Shown here: positions 21,079 to 30,808 of the stretch, in pieces
Layout of the letters: the number at the start of each line of letters is the position of its first letter
Position numbering within the stretch: position 1 is the first letter of the stretch
DNA from: an uncultured Acidobacteriota bacterium
GTDB taxonomy: Bacteria; Acidobacteriota; UBA6911
Direction: 5' to 3'
DNA length: 64,000 bases
Assembly: GCA_963809485.1 (NCBI GenBank)
Contig: CAWEJX010000020.1
Coordinates: 288,001-352,000, forward strand
The notes under the pieces: generated by a model
Seen by the model: the letters and a program-made list of their open reading frames with translations, nothing else
Database searches by the model: none
Told to the model about the DNA's origin: nothing
Program-made: the position numbers and the translations under genes

Positions 21079-21471
21079 AGTCAGGTACCTCCGGCAAAGC
21101 CGGAAGCTTGAAAGATTTGAACCGCTCAAAGCGGTTGGAGAAGTTACACCGGTCTTGAACGCTGACTTACGCGGGCAAAAGCCGATGAGGCGCTTCTGAT
21201 CCCCGAAGGGGCCAGCGCTCCTCGCTGGACAGTTTTCTGCGCCGGCACTGTGGCAAGCGCCGTGAGGCAAGGAGATGAAGGGCATGAGAAATCGGGCGTT
21301 TGCCACAGCGCCGCCGCAGAAAACTCCATCAGAAGCGCCTCATCGGCTTTTGCTCGCCGACCCTCGCCGAACAAATCGGCGTTTGTCAGCGCTTTTATCA
21401 GCGTTTCTCAGCGTTTCAAAATACGGAGCGGTCAAACTCTTTGAGTCCCCCGGCAGAGCCGAGGGTTTACC
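21079..21471 (-). mobile_element. Non-autonomous IS200/IS605-family element (PATE/MITE-like), transposase absent
   Basis: Subterminal hairpins ggtaaaccctcggctctgccgggggactc...gtttgac (minus strand, left-end-like) and aaccgctttgagcggtt...cttccggctttgccggaggtacctgac (right-end-like); the interior is nested 30-bp inverted repeats. Confidence 0.72.
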
Positions 21472-21540
21472 AATATTTACAATTCCATTTAAGTTGATAT
21501 GTGATTTAATATTCAAATAGCCGAACCGGAGGACTCATCG

Positions 21541-22410
21541 ATGAAGCAAGCCTGCTCGCGACGCACCGTGCTGGGAATGGGGCTGGGATCCGTGGTTTTA
21601 GGAGCCTGCAGCCGCGCCATTTCCGCAATAAGAACCAAACCTGAAAACACCCGTCAAGAGGTAAAACGTATGCCCGACATGAGCGAATGGAATCGTTATG
21701 GTGAAGAGCTGGAAAAACTCCTGCGACTGCGCACATCACCCATCGCAGTGAAGATGATTGAAAAAGAGGGAGACATCCCGAAAGACGCCATAAGGCCCAA
21801 GAGGGATCGCGGCTACCATATAGCGCAATGCCAGGCATTCGCCCTGTCGCGCCGCGAGGGGACCACCGTCGCCATGTTGAAAGAGGATCACTGGTGCCCG
21901 ACGGCCCTCATGGCCTATGGATTGGTCAACCAGCCGGAGGATGTCACCAAATGGAGCCATCCTTATAAGTGTTTTGAGCCGGGCAAATACTTTGGCATAG
22001 TCACAGCGCCCCTGAAGAGCGCCACGTTCCAGCCGGACACCGTCATCATGTACTCCAACACCTCACAGTTGAGGGGCCTCTTGATGTCCCTTAAAGTCGA
22101 GGAGGTCCCGCTGGTGAACGGGCATTTCTTCCCACCCTCCTGCTCCTGGGCGGTCTACAATCCGATGACAACCGGCCGATACTGGGTCGTGCTTCCGGAT
22201 CCCGGCGAATATGAGCGCGCTCTCACAGGGGAAGATGAAATGATGTTCTCGATCCCGCCCGCCAGGATGGAGACACTGATGGCCGGCCTGAGAGAGAGTT
22301 CGAAGGGGTACTTCGGCTATTTGAATCATCACATGTTCATGATGCCCGATTTCCCCCAGCCGGAACTCTATAAACGCATGTTTAAGCAATGGGGACTGGA
22401 TACCAAGTAG
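21541..22410 (+). CDS. DUF169 family protein with a possible twin-arginine/lipoprotein leader
   Basis: LRLRTSPIAVK, CQAF..SR, HWCP, C...GE..L..DEMMF pattern; leader SRRTVL...LGAC; alternative start at 21670 with its own RBS. Confidence 0.8.
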   Translation: MKQACSRRTVLGMGLGSVVLGACSRAISAIRTKPENTRQEVKRMPDMSEWNRYGEELEKLLRLRTSPIAVKMIEKEGDIPKDAIRPKRDRGYHIAQCQAFALSRREGTTVAMLKEDHWCPTALMAYGLVNQPEDVTKWSHPYKCFEPGKYFGIVTAPLKSATFQPDTVIMYSNTSQLRGLLMSLKVEEVPLVNGHFFPPSCSWAVYNPMTTGRYWVVLPDPGEYERALTGEDEMMFSIPPARMETLMAGLRESSKGYFGYLNHHMFMMPDFPQPELYKRMFKQWGLDTK

Positions 22411-22411
22411 G

Positions 22412-23110
22412 ATGCAAAAGATGGTGCTTCATGATTATTCCGACAGGCGCTCTTGTTTCCTGCAGCTCCACCTGGGCGGAGACCGGAATTTCTGTTACCT
22501 GATCGGAGATCTGAAAAGCGGAGAGGCGGCTGCGGTGGATCCCGGCTTCAGGGCCGGCAAATTTGCCGAAGCTGCCAAGGACCGAAACCTCAAGATACAA
22601 AAAATACTCCTGACCCACGGACATTCCGATCACGTGGATGAGGCCGGGGAACTGGCCCGGATTACTAAAGCCGCGGTCTATGCCGGCAAGGATGAAAATG
22701 TGCCGGGCGCTGTTGCGGTAAATGACGGAGATAGGCTGTATCTGGGTAAAAGGCCGATTGTTGTTTATCACACGCCCGGCCATACGCCCGGCCATACCTG
22801 TTATCTATTCGAAAAGAAGCTGATGACCGGAGATCTGCTTTTTTGCGGAAAGGTAGGGGGAACCGGGCGTCATTTCCCCGGTTCCTCCCCCGAAGCGGAA
22901 TGGAAATCCCTGCGGCGCATCATGAAGCTGCCGGACGATATTCAAATTTTTCCCGGACATGACTATTACGGCGGGCAGGGCAGCATGCAGAGTTCCACGG
23001 TGGGCTATGAAAAACTCAACAATCCATTCCTGCTCTGCAAAAACTACCAAGCCTTCATTCACCTCAAAGACACCTGGGATTCCTACAAGGCCGCCCATGG
23101 AATCCGCTGA
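22412..23110 (+). CDS. MBL-fold metallo-hydrolase (glyoxalase II-like)
   Basis: THGHSDH, HTPGHT, TGDLLF, PGHDY. Confidence 0.88.
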   Translation: MQKMVLHDYSDRRSCFLQLHLGGDRNFCYLIGDLKSGEAAAVDPGFRAGKFAEAAKDRNLKIQKILLTHGHSDHVDEAGELARITKAAVYAGKDENVPGAVAVNDGDRLYLGKRPIVVYHTPGHTPGHTCYLFEKKLMTGDLLFCGKVGGTGRHFPGSSPEAEWKSLRRIMKLPDDIQIFPGHDYYGGQGSMQSSTVGYEKLNNPFLLCKNYQAFIHLKDTWDSYKAAHGIR

Positions 23111-23235
23111 ATCAGGATGCGCTTAAGGTGATGAACTGCCCGGCCATGTAACTGCACACATCGGATGCAAGAAACGCCACAACCGGAGCGACATCTTCAG
23201 GCGTGCACAACCGGCCCAATTTTGCGTATTGTTTT

Positions 23236-24006
23236 TCAGCGCCCTGTCTCCCGTGGAGGCTCCAGCAGGTCTTCGAGTTTTTTCAGCGCCATTTCGGCAG
23301 GTTCCTGAATCGTAAGGTCAACCAGGTCCGAAGCGGGTGTGGCCTCAGGGTTGATCTCTACTGTGAAAGCGCCGTTTCCCTGTGCATGACCGACTAGGCC
23401 GGCTGCCGGGTAGATCAGGGCGGATGTCCCGACAGTCATGAAGATATCGCAGTTCAGCGCGGCGGCGGATTGCCCCAGGATTTCAGGATCGATGCTCTCC
23501 CCGAACCAGACCACACCGGGCCGTATGAGCCCTCCGCAATACGGACAGGATGGCGGGATGCAGGGAAGCGGAACAGCGTCGTTAATCCACCGCCGAGGCG
23601 AAGCCCCGCAGTGATTCCAGCAGAAAACCTCCCAAATCGATCCATGAAAGCGGATGACATTTTCGGTCCCGGCCTTCTCATGCAGACCGTCGACATTCTG
23701 AGTGATCAGCGTGAATCCGGGATAGCGTTTGCTCCAGACCGAGAGAACGCGGTGCGCGGCGTTGGGCTGGCATTTGGAGATCAATCCCCGCCGCCAGTCG
23801 TACCACTCCCAAACGAGCTGAGGATTTGACTGGAATGCCGCGGGCGTCGCCAGATCCATCGGAGAAAACGATTTCCAGAGCCCCTCCTTGCCTCGAAATG
23901 TCGGAACGCCGCTGGCCGCCGACACGCCGGCTCCGGTGAGCACTGTTATTTTCGATGCATTTTGAATGCGCCGGGCAAGCGGAACAAGACGATCATCAGG
24001 CTGCAT
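23236..24006 (-). CDS. cobB: NAD-dependent protein deacylase (sirtuin, class III-like)
   Basis: GAGVSAASGVPTFRG, YxxR, TQNVDGLH, HG, RPGVVWFGE, GTS. Confidence 0.92.
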   Translation of the reverse strand: MQPDDRLVPLARRIQNASKITVLTGAGVSAASGVPTFRGKEGLWKSFSPMDLATPAAFQSNPQLVWEWYDWRRGLISKCQPNAAHRVLSVWSKRYPGFTLITQNVDGLHEKAGTENVIRFHGSIWEVFCWNHCGASPRRWINDAVPLPCIPPSCPYCGGLIRPGVVWFGESIDPEILGQSAAALNCDIFMTVGTSALIYPAAGLVGHAQGNGAFTVEINPEATPASDLVDLTIQEPAEMALKKLEDLLEPPRETGR

Positions 24007-24127
24007 GTCAGCAGGCTCCTCTTACCTATAAGCACGAAACGCACAAAGCCAATGCAATGTCCTTCCTACGTATTGGGGCATTGGGTGCCAGATATCTTTT
24101 GGGCGGCAACCGTCAGACAAACCTTTC

Positions 24128-24269
24128 GAGACTGTCGCAAAACTACTACCCCGACAGGGGCTGGGTCAAAGGGCCAATGGCAGACACTGTATTCGCGGCC
24201 GCGAATTGGTATGGCGCTGATTTATGGGTTCGGCTTAGAGATCCTCGCCAGCAATTTTGAGACAGCCCC
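24128..24269. mobile_element. 142-bp MITE-like element with 15-bp imperfect terminal inverted repeats and a 4-bp target duplication
   Basis: tttc|GAGACTGTCGCAAAA ... TTTTGAGACAGCCCC|tttc; internal palindrome attcgcggccgcgaat. Confidence 0.55.
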
Positions 24270-24313
24270 TTTCCCACGTCCGATCAGCAAAGCCCGAATT
24301 CGCTTCCCCCTTT

Positions 24314-26746
24314 TCACTGCGCCGTAAACTCGACATCCGCCCGCGCCGTCGCAGCTTGAGTTGAAGCGTTATCAGTAGTCTCCACCACAAGGCTATATTT
24401 CCCGGGCTGGACATCCGGGAAATTCATCGAGAATCCAATTATGGCTTCCGATTTATTGATCAGGGAAAGATTATTGTCCAGCGCAACAGGCAGCAGAGCG
24501 ACCTCTTTCCCTTCTTCGCTTATCAGCCTGACCTTTGCCGTCAAATCCCACTGACCGCCGCCGGCAATGCTGTATATTTTAAACAGGATGGGCACCGCAG
24601 ACCCGATCTTGATTCTGTTATCCACGCTGGGAGTGATCTGCATGCCCGCATAGATCAATGGATCGCTGTCATCCAGCAATTTGGCCTGGAGGTTCTGTAT
24701 CAGACCGGGCAAGCGGGACACGTTTTCCGCAAGGACGAGACTGCTGGCCGTGAATCCGCGCTCCGGCGGAGCAGGCACTTCCAGAAATTGCTCCATCGAT
24801 CCCAGGTTGTTCGCTTCGTCCGATGTGGCAAGCTTCAGACGGTATTTCCCCGGGCGCAGCCTGAAGTAATTGCGATAGCTCAGATTTGCCTGGCGGAAAT
24901 CCTTTTCTTTTTCCTTGTCGAACGCAAAGTGCATGGTCTCGCTGAAGCGGGCCGAAACGCTGCCGTCTTCCGCGTAGGCTACGCCCATGACATTGAGATC
25001 GCAGGTGGACTGTCCGCCCTTCTTCTTCACCTCCGCCTTTTCGGCGCGGATTTTTGCCAGCACCAGAACCCTCGCCATGCGGGGTGAATCGTAGAAATAC
25101 GCAGGTCGAAAAACAAGGGGCAGCTGGGTCGCCGGCTCGGGAGCAGCCAGGGCATTCAGAAGCGTCTTTTCCTGTCTGGAGCTTGCCAACGCATCGATGG
25201 GACGCCTGTCCAGATAGCCCTTCCGGTATCTCAATTTCAATCCCTTCAGGCTGGTCTTGACCTCAAGTTTCCGGAAAGCGCCGTCATGTTTCGGATTGTT
25301 GGATTGAAAACCCAGGATGTAATAGTTGCTTAACTGCTGGTCCAGTTTGTCAAGCTCGACGTCGTAGTTGTTGGTATTGTATATGGATAATCCGCCTGTA
25401 TCGGACGCCAGAGATTTCAACAGGCTCATGGACGAGTTGTCCTCCCAGGGATTCATGTTGTTTGGATTCCTGGAATCCGGAAAAATGGAGCTGTCCGGGT
25501 AGCCGCTCATATTGCTGTCCGGATATCCCCGGGTACCGCTGCCTGTGTTACCTCCGGTACTACTGCCGGTCGTCCCGCCTGTTGTACCGCTCGTCCCGCC
25601 GCTGGTACCGCTACCCGCACCGGTGCCGCTGCCTGTACCGGCACCCGTTCCCCCACTGGTGCCGCCGCCGGTTCCCCCACTGGTGCCGCCGGTTCCCCCA
25701 CTGGTGCCGCCGCCGGTTCCCCCGCCTTGCTGTTGAAACATCGAATTGCCCAAAAAACTCCGGCTCCCGGAATTCGGACCCCATGAGAGTGCCGAAAATC
25801 CCTTTGACGAGGAAGCCGGTTGAGAGGATTTCTTGAGCGCAAAGGCTGCGGGGTTCTTCTCAGGCTTGTGAAGCTCTCCAATGGTGCGTGAGTCCAATCC
25901 GGCGGGGTCAATGGTGTAAAAAACCACATTGGATCTCTTCGCGGAATTCAGAGTGTTTTTGTAAAGTGTGTCGATAATATCGGCGCTGAAATATCCGGAT
26001 TCGGAAAAAAGCAGCACGGATTTTGAGCCTTTGAGATGCTCGATAGCCAAATTGAGCGAGTGAAGCGCACGGAGAAGATTTCCCAACTTGTACCCCTTGG
26101 TGGAAGATGGAGCATCCTGCGTCGGCCAGGTTCCCGAGCTTCGCCGCGTGTCCGTCGACAGGCGCGGATCCGGCGTCATGTCGGCGCTGGACACCGCCGG
26201 CTGGGCTATAGCCTTTAATATATCCTCGGGCTCGCGGGTGAAGTTCTGCAAAATTTTCAGCGAATTGTCGTACGAAGCCACTGCGAACAGATCCTGGGGC
26301 CTCATGTGCTCCCTGACGAATCTTTCGGCTGAATCACGGGAACGCTTGATATGCGCCGGTGTGATGGTGCTGTCGTCGAAGATAATCAGCACGGTCTTCC
26401 CTCGTTCCAGGTCGTCCTCTTCCATGGAAGCCAGACCTGGAGAAGGATTGCCCGGCTCAGCGGTTACTTCATCGAAGCTTATAATTTCCTGCTCCTTCCC
26501 GTCTTCGTAGAGCCGGAAATCTTCCTTCTTGAGGTTAGACACCGGTTTGCCCTTTTTGTCCAGCACGATCACTTCAGCTGTCACCAGCTCGACATCCACA
26601 CGCAGACTGAAGGACCGCCCGGACTGGGCAGCCGCCTGCCGCCCTGCCGGGTCCCGGGAATCAGGAGAGACAACAATCCCGCAAAAGCATAGACATCCAA
26701 GAAGAATTCGCATGACCCGGATTTTGCCTGCCTTATTGACGGACAT
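24314..26746 (-). CDS. Acidobacterial VWFA-related secreted protein with a Gly/Thr/Ser-rich insertion
   Basis: Signal peptide, VDVELV..V.DKKG..V..L.KEDF.LYEDGKEQ, DTGG, YYILGF, DG.FRK..V, YRKGY; RBS aaggagga before 26746. Confidence 0.85.
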   Translation of the reverse strand: MSVNKAGKIRVMRILLGCLCFCGIVVSPDSRDPAGRQAAAQSGRSFSLRVDVELVTAEVIVLDKKGKPVSNLKKEDFRLYEDGKEQEIISFDEVTAEPGNPSPGLASMEEDDLERGKTVLIIFDDSTITPAHIKRSRDSAERFVREHMRPQDLFAVASYDNSLKILQNFTREPEDILKAIAQPAVSSADMTPDPRLSTDTRRSSGTWPTQDAPSSTKGYKLGNLLRALHSLNLAIEHLKGSKSVLLFSESGYFSADIIDTLYKNTLNSAKRSNVVFYTIDPAGLDSRTIGELHKPEKNPAAFALKKSSQPASSSKGFSALSWGPNSGSRSFLGNSMFQQQGGGTGGGTSGGTGGTSGGTGGGTSGGTGAGTGSGTGAGSGTSGGTSGTTGGTTGSSTGGNTGSGTRGYPDSNMSGYPDSSIFPDSRNPNNMNPWEDNSSMSLLKSLASDTGGLSIYNTNNYDVELDKLDQQLSNYYILGFQSNNPKHDGAFRKLEVKTSLKGLKLRYRKGYLDRRPIDALASSRQEKTLLNALAAPEPATQLPLVFRPAYFYDSPRMARVLVLAKIRAEKAEVKKKGGQSTCDLNVMGVAYAEDGSVSARFSETMHFAFDKEKEKDFRQANLSYRNYFRLRPGKYRLKLATSDEANNLGSMEQFLEVPAPPERGFTASSLVLAENVSRLPGLIQNLQAKLLDDSDPLIYAGMQITPSVDNRIKIGSAVPILFKIYSIAGGGQWDLTAKVRLISEEGKEVALLPVALDNNLSLINKSEAIIGFSMNFPDVQPGKYSLVVETTDNASTQAATARADVEFTAQ
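25532..25726 (-). repeat. Low-complexity tandem repeat encoding (GGT/GGTS)n
   Basis: Repeated gttcccccactggtgccgcc units; peptide GGGTGGGTSGGTGGTSGGTGGGTSGGTGAGTGSG... Confidence 0.85.
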
Positions 26747-26804
26747 AATCCTCCTTATGATTCGAGATTCGAAACTCGAGATTCGAGATTGGGTAGCTGA
26801 ACCC

Positions 26805-28562
26805 TCATGGGATTTCAACCGCCTTGGTAACAGAACCCATTTTGCCCTGAGTGCTTTCACGCACAACGGCCTTGATCTTGTAACGGCCCATTGGGAGTTT
26901 GAGTTCAACCCTGGACGTAAGGCCCTGATCGAGGAGGCTGGCGTAGCTTGTCTCCAGCAGCCGGAACTCGATGGATTTTTCCACCCCATCGATGTAGCGG
27001 TCATTTTCATCAAAAGCCACCAGAACCATGCTGATCAGATTTTTGCGCCTGGCGTCCTCGTCGAGGAAATGCAGGCCGCGTATGCTTATATTGGTCAGGA
27101 ATGAGACTCCGTATGTCGAATCATCCTCCTGGTAATAGTTGTAGGCAAGGTAGAGGGGGATTTCATTAAGATTGCCGGGCGCCTGCAGGGCTTCCATGAT
27201 ATCTTCCTTTTTCCGCCTTTCAAAAGTCATCTCCTCCTTGGGAGCGTAGTATCCCTTGCGGTAGGAAAGCTCCAGCCCCGGACGCGATACTTCCAGCTTG
27301 ATGCGGCGAAATCGGCCGTCTGCCTTTTGTGAAGGCATGGCGTAAGTCAAAACATAGTAAGCCGATTGCCTGTGGACGATCTTTTGGAGCCCTCCATACA
27401 GGTCGTTGTTGTTATGGAAAAAAATACCTCCCGTTTCGTTGGACATTTGAAACAGCGGATCCTCCTGCGCCAACTGGTCTTCCCGATAGAAAGACATTTT
27501 CTGGCCAGCAATCGACGCATCGAGGATAGTTCTCTCGCTCGCCGAAGGAAAGTAGGTATCCAGTCCGCGGATGTCCAGGCAGTTCAGAACGACTCCCGAA
27601 CGCAACGCGAGGTCGACAACCTCCTGGAGCTGATAAAATACCGGCGAGGCGCTTTGAGACAAAAAGCCGTCGGAAAACAGAACGAGGCTTTTGGTAGCCT
27701 CGAAATGTCTCAGCGACCGAAGGTGTTTCCGGAGGGTGTCCAGCAGGCTGTGCGTCCGGTACTCGGATTCCTGGCTATGCCTGGAAGCCTCCATCAGCAC
27801 ATGATTTTTGGCAATTTGGATAATCCGCTCCCTCTCCTCTTCGGTGTCGTTTGTGGGATTCAGGTTCAGGCACCTGATAGCCTCCGCAACAGCCACTTGC
27901 AGAGAGGGATCCTGAGCATCCATGGATGCACCCCAAGCCTGGCGGTCGGAGATTCTCTGTGCCTGCAGATCCGTAAGATCGGGGCAATCCGACTGTATGG
28001 CCACGGCAAGATTCAGTTTCCCAAAAATTTCGTCGATTTCCTCCAGGAGCCTCTGCTTGTCGTCGGAGAACGGATACCGCGCACGCCCGGAACCCGACAG
28101 TATCGAAACCTGGTCCATCGGGCCAAGGTCATTCTCCACAAAATTGGTTACGGCCTGGATCATCCGCGCATAGCGATCGTTCGAATTTATCGTGACATCA
28201 TCAATCACCAGCGAGATCAGCCTGGGACGGCTGGAGCCCGGAGTTTTTCCGGCTTGGGCGGAAGGTCTTGCCCGGGTTTCCGCCGCCTGCGCCGGTGCGG
28301 GTTCGTAGGATTCCATGGCAAAAGTCTGTATAGCCTGCGGCTTCCCCTCTTCAAACACCTTGAAATCGTTCGCGGTCAGGTCGGTGACAGCATTCCCGTT
28401 CTTATCCGCAACGGTAACGTTGACCACGATGACGTTTACGGGGACTTTGAACGTGGTTTGAGCCTTTTCTGTTTCCCCTTTTTGAATTTTTTTATTCTGA
28501 GCCGGAAGTAGAGAGCAGAAGAGCGCCAAGAGCAGAACAATGATTAGATATCGCTTTAACAA
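26805..28562 (-). CDS. Acidobacterial VWFA-related secreted protein
   Basis: Signal peptide, V.VTV.DK.G..VTDL...DF.VFEEGKPQ, LFSDGF, ETGG, YYVL.Y, YRKGY. Confidence 0.87.
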   Translation of the reverse strand: MLKRYLIIVLLLALFCSLLPAQNKKIQKGETEKAQTTFKVPVNVIVVNVTVADKNGNAVTDLTANDFKVFEEGKPQAIQTFAMESYEPAPAQAAETRARPSAQAGKTPGSSRPRLISLVIDDVTINSNDRYARMIQAVTNFVENDLGPMDQVSILSGSGRARYPFSDDKQRLLEEIDEIFGKLNLAVAIQSDCPDLTDLQAQRISDRQAWGASMDAQDPSLQVAVAEAIRCLNLNPTNDTEEERERIIQIAKNHVLMEASRHSQESEYRTHSLLDTLRKHLRSLRHFEATKSLVLFSDGFLSQSASPVFYQLQEVVDLALRSGVVLNCLDIRGLDTYFPSASERTILDASIAGQKMSFYREDQLAQEDPLFQMSNETGGIFFHNNNDLYGGLQKIVHRQSAYYVLTYAMPSQKADGRFRRIKLEVSRPGLELSYRKGYYAPKEEMTFERRKKEDIMEALQAPGNLNEIPLYLAYNYYQEDDSTYGVSFLTNISIRGLHFLDEDARRKNLISMVLVAFDENDRYIDGVEKSIEFRLLETSYASLLDQGLTSRVELKLPMGRYKIKAVVRESTQGKMGSVTKAVEIP

Positions 28563-28697
28563 TGTCTTCGGCCTCGTCAGAGTTCGGTTGTCGCCGGAGA
28601 AATCGGCCTTGACTGATGGGTAATAAAATCATATCAGCAAAGGCTCCCATCATAAAGGGAATCGGTGAAGAAAAGGGACCGCGACCGAATCGAAGAC

Positions 28698-28750
28698 AAA
28701 AAAACGCCACGGATTCCACAGATTGCAGGAGTGAAATTCGTGGCGTTTTT
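28698..28750 (-). terminator. Rho-independent terminator downstream of the first AOR-family gene
   Basis: aaaaaaacgccacgg...tcgtggcgttttt stem with A/T tails. Confidence 0.7.
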
Positions 28751-28759
28751 GCGGAACGG

Positions 28760-30799
28760 TTAGCCGAGTTTGCCTTTGCCTTGCAGCAAATCGGCGACCT
28801 TTCTCAATCCCATCTTTTCGAGGGTGGCTCTCGTCGGATAGCCGTTATCCGGGTTGAAGCCCTCGAATTTGTAGAACCGGGTTTTGAAATCCTCGACCTT
28901 GGCCCGATCCAACGTACGGCCGGCGCCCGTGCCGTATTCCCATTTGCCGTTTTCGTACATCGGCAGGTGCGCCCCTCTGGATTTCTGGGTATAGAGGTAA
29001 TCGGGAAACACTTCCATGTCCCGGTGTCTGCCCTGCAGCACCCAGATGGATCGGTCCAGAGTATAGATCTTGTGCCCGATCTCCATGTAGTCCGCAAAAG
29101 TCAGGTTCTTTCCGGTAATGGCATTCCAGAATTTGGGCTCCGCCTTGGGTGTCGGGCCGCGCCTGTCGGCAGTGTTATTGGTTATGCACATCGGCCAGCG
29201 CCAACCGCAAAAGCCGCCGGACCCGATCCAGAATTTTTCATAGTGCTTGACCCAGGCGACCTGTTTGACCTTGGAGTCCGAATAAATCCCCGTGGGACCG
29301 TCGCTGTAGTCGACCATGTAGACGTCGCCGTTGTATGGTTCCATCGCATCGGTATACAGCTTGGCGGCCTCTTCGGCAGTCAGGTAGGGGTCTCCCGAAT
29401 TGGCCATCCAGTAGAGAGGATAATTGGCCATCATGTGCAGCATAAGATCCCGCTCTCCCAGCAGAGAAGCGAAACCCCACTCCGCCTCGACCCTTGCGTC
29501 ATAGTGATCCGCAGTGCCCCAATAGGGCAGAGGCAGTACGCCGCTTGCGACATCCTCTTTGTACAGCCCGTATTTTTCCGCGAATCTGGCGCAGCCTTCG
29601 GCCAGCTCCTTGCCGACACCCTGGCGCAGGGATATCTGCCTCATGAGCATGTCGGCAAAGCCCATAGTGTTGGCCTGATCCATCGGAAGATCGCATTCGA
29701 TCTGCTTTCCTTTGCCCAGGAGCCCTCTTTTGTAGAGCGACTGAATGTAGCTCTGAAGAGGCATGAATTGCCAGTGACCAAGCCCCCATTTCTGCATTAG
29801 ATCGTTTGCCTGTCGGGAAAGTTTCTGAGTGCCCTGGACACGGACTGCCATGGTGCCGGCGCAGACCGATTCGTTGCTCTCGCCGCTTGCCAGACGCATG
29901 CGGCAGCCCCTGGGGCAAGAGGCGCAGGCCGCGGCGCGCGCCGGAACGAGCGGGAGCTGGCCATTGAGCACGTTGCCTCCGCTGGGACGTCCGCTGATCA
30001 GCATATATCCCTGTTTTGCAAACCTCTCGGGCTCCCTCGGGTTATCCACATCCCACTGAAACTGGCGGAACCAGAGCCTGGCATCCATATAAGCCTTGGG
30101 ATCCGCAATGGGGACGCCTCCTGTGCCGATAGCGCTGATCGCTTTGAGTTTCTTGGAGCCGAAAACCCCGCCGAAGCCGCACAACGCTGCCTGAGACCCG
30201 GGGCCGTGCAGCAGACAGCCGAGGCGGCTCAGGTTTTCTCCCGCCGGTCCGCAGCAGACTACCGCCGGGATCTGCGTGGTATGGCCGGCGTCCAGATCCG
30301 CCCACTCGCCGTATTTCAAACTGGGGATGACACGCCTTGCGATTTCTTCCTGCGTGTCCCAGGTATCCATGCCCCATACTCCATCGGCGCTTTCGATCGT
30401 GACCTTGTCGTTGATGATATTGATCCACACAGGCTTGTCGGAAGCGCCTTCAACCGCTATCCCGTCCCAGCCTGCGAATTTCAGCTGGGCCGTAAAGCGT
30501 CCGCCGAAGTTGCTGTGGCCGAACCACTCGACCGGGTAAAGCATGGGCCCCAGGCCCTGCACTTCGGAGCGTCCGGAAGCGGGCATGAATGTTCCGGAGA
30601 ACGGGGTGGCCATGATGATAACGACATTCCTGGGATCAAATGCCGGGAAAGGCAATTGATCGCCGACCAGGTCGAAGAAAAGTGCGGATCCTATGCCGTG
30701 GCCTCCGCCGAACTCCTCATACTTCGCCGTATCGATCGTACTGATGGTCTTTGTGGTAAGGTTGACCCTTAGGATTTTACCCGTATATCCACCTGTCAT
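28760..30799 (-). CDS. Aldehyde:ferredoxin oxidoreductase family (W/Mo bis-pterin; YdhV/AOR-like)
   Basis: GYTGKILRVNL, GG.F.AQLKFAGWD, GPAGEN, G.VFGSKKLKAI, CASCPRGC...C, G.PTRATLEKMGL. Confidence 0.9.
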   Translation of the reverse strand: MTGGYTGKILRVNLTTKTISTIDTAKYEEFGGGHGIGSALFFDLVGDQLPFPAFDPRNVVIIMATPFSGTFMPASGRSEVQGLGPMLYPVEWFGHSNFGGRFTAQLKFAGWDGIAVEGASDKPVWINIINDKVTIESADGVWGMDTWDTQEEIARRVIPSLKYGEWADLDAGHTTQIPAVVCCGPAGENLSRLGCLLHGPGSQAALCGFGGVFGSKKLKAISAIGTGGVPIADPKAYMDARLWFRQFQWDVDNPREPERFAKQGYMLISGRPSGGNVLNGQLPLVPARAAACASCPRGCRMRLASGESNESVCAGTMAVRVQGTQKLSRQANDLMQKWGLGHWQFMPLQSYIQSLYKRGLLGKGKQIECDLPMDQANTMGFADMLMRQISLRQGVGKELAEGCARFAEKYGLYKEDVASGVLPLPYWGTADHYDARVEAEWGFASLLGERDLMLHMMANYPLYWMANSGDPYLTAEEAAKLYTDAMEPYNGDVYMVDYSDGPTGIYSDSKVKQVAWVKHYEKFWIGSGGFCGWRWPMCITNNTADRRGPTPKAEPKFWNAITGKNLTFADYMEIGHKIYTLDRSIWVLQGRHRDMEVFPDYLYTQKSRGAHLPMYENGKWEYGTGAGRTLDRAKVEDFKTRFYKFEGFNPDNGYPTRATLEKMGLRKVADLLQGKGKLG

Positions 30800-30808
30800 A
30801 TTTCCTCC

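Noticed and set aside
25532-25726. Possible CRISPR array
   Set aside because: The repeats are in-frame, low-complexity coding units without unique spacers, and no cas genes are present
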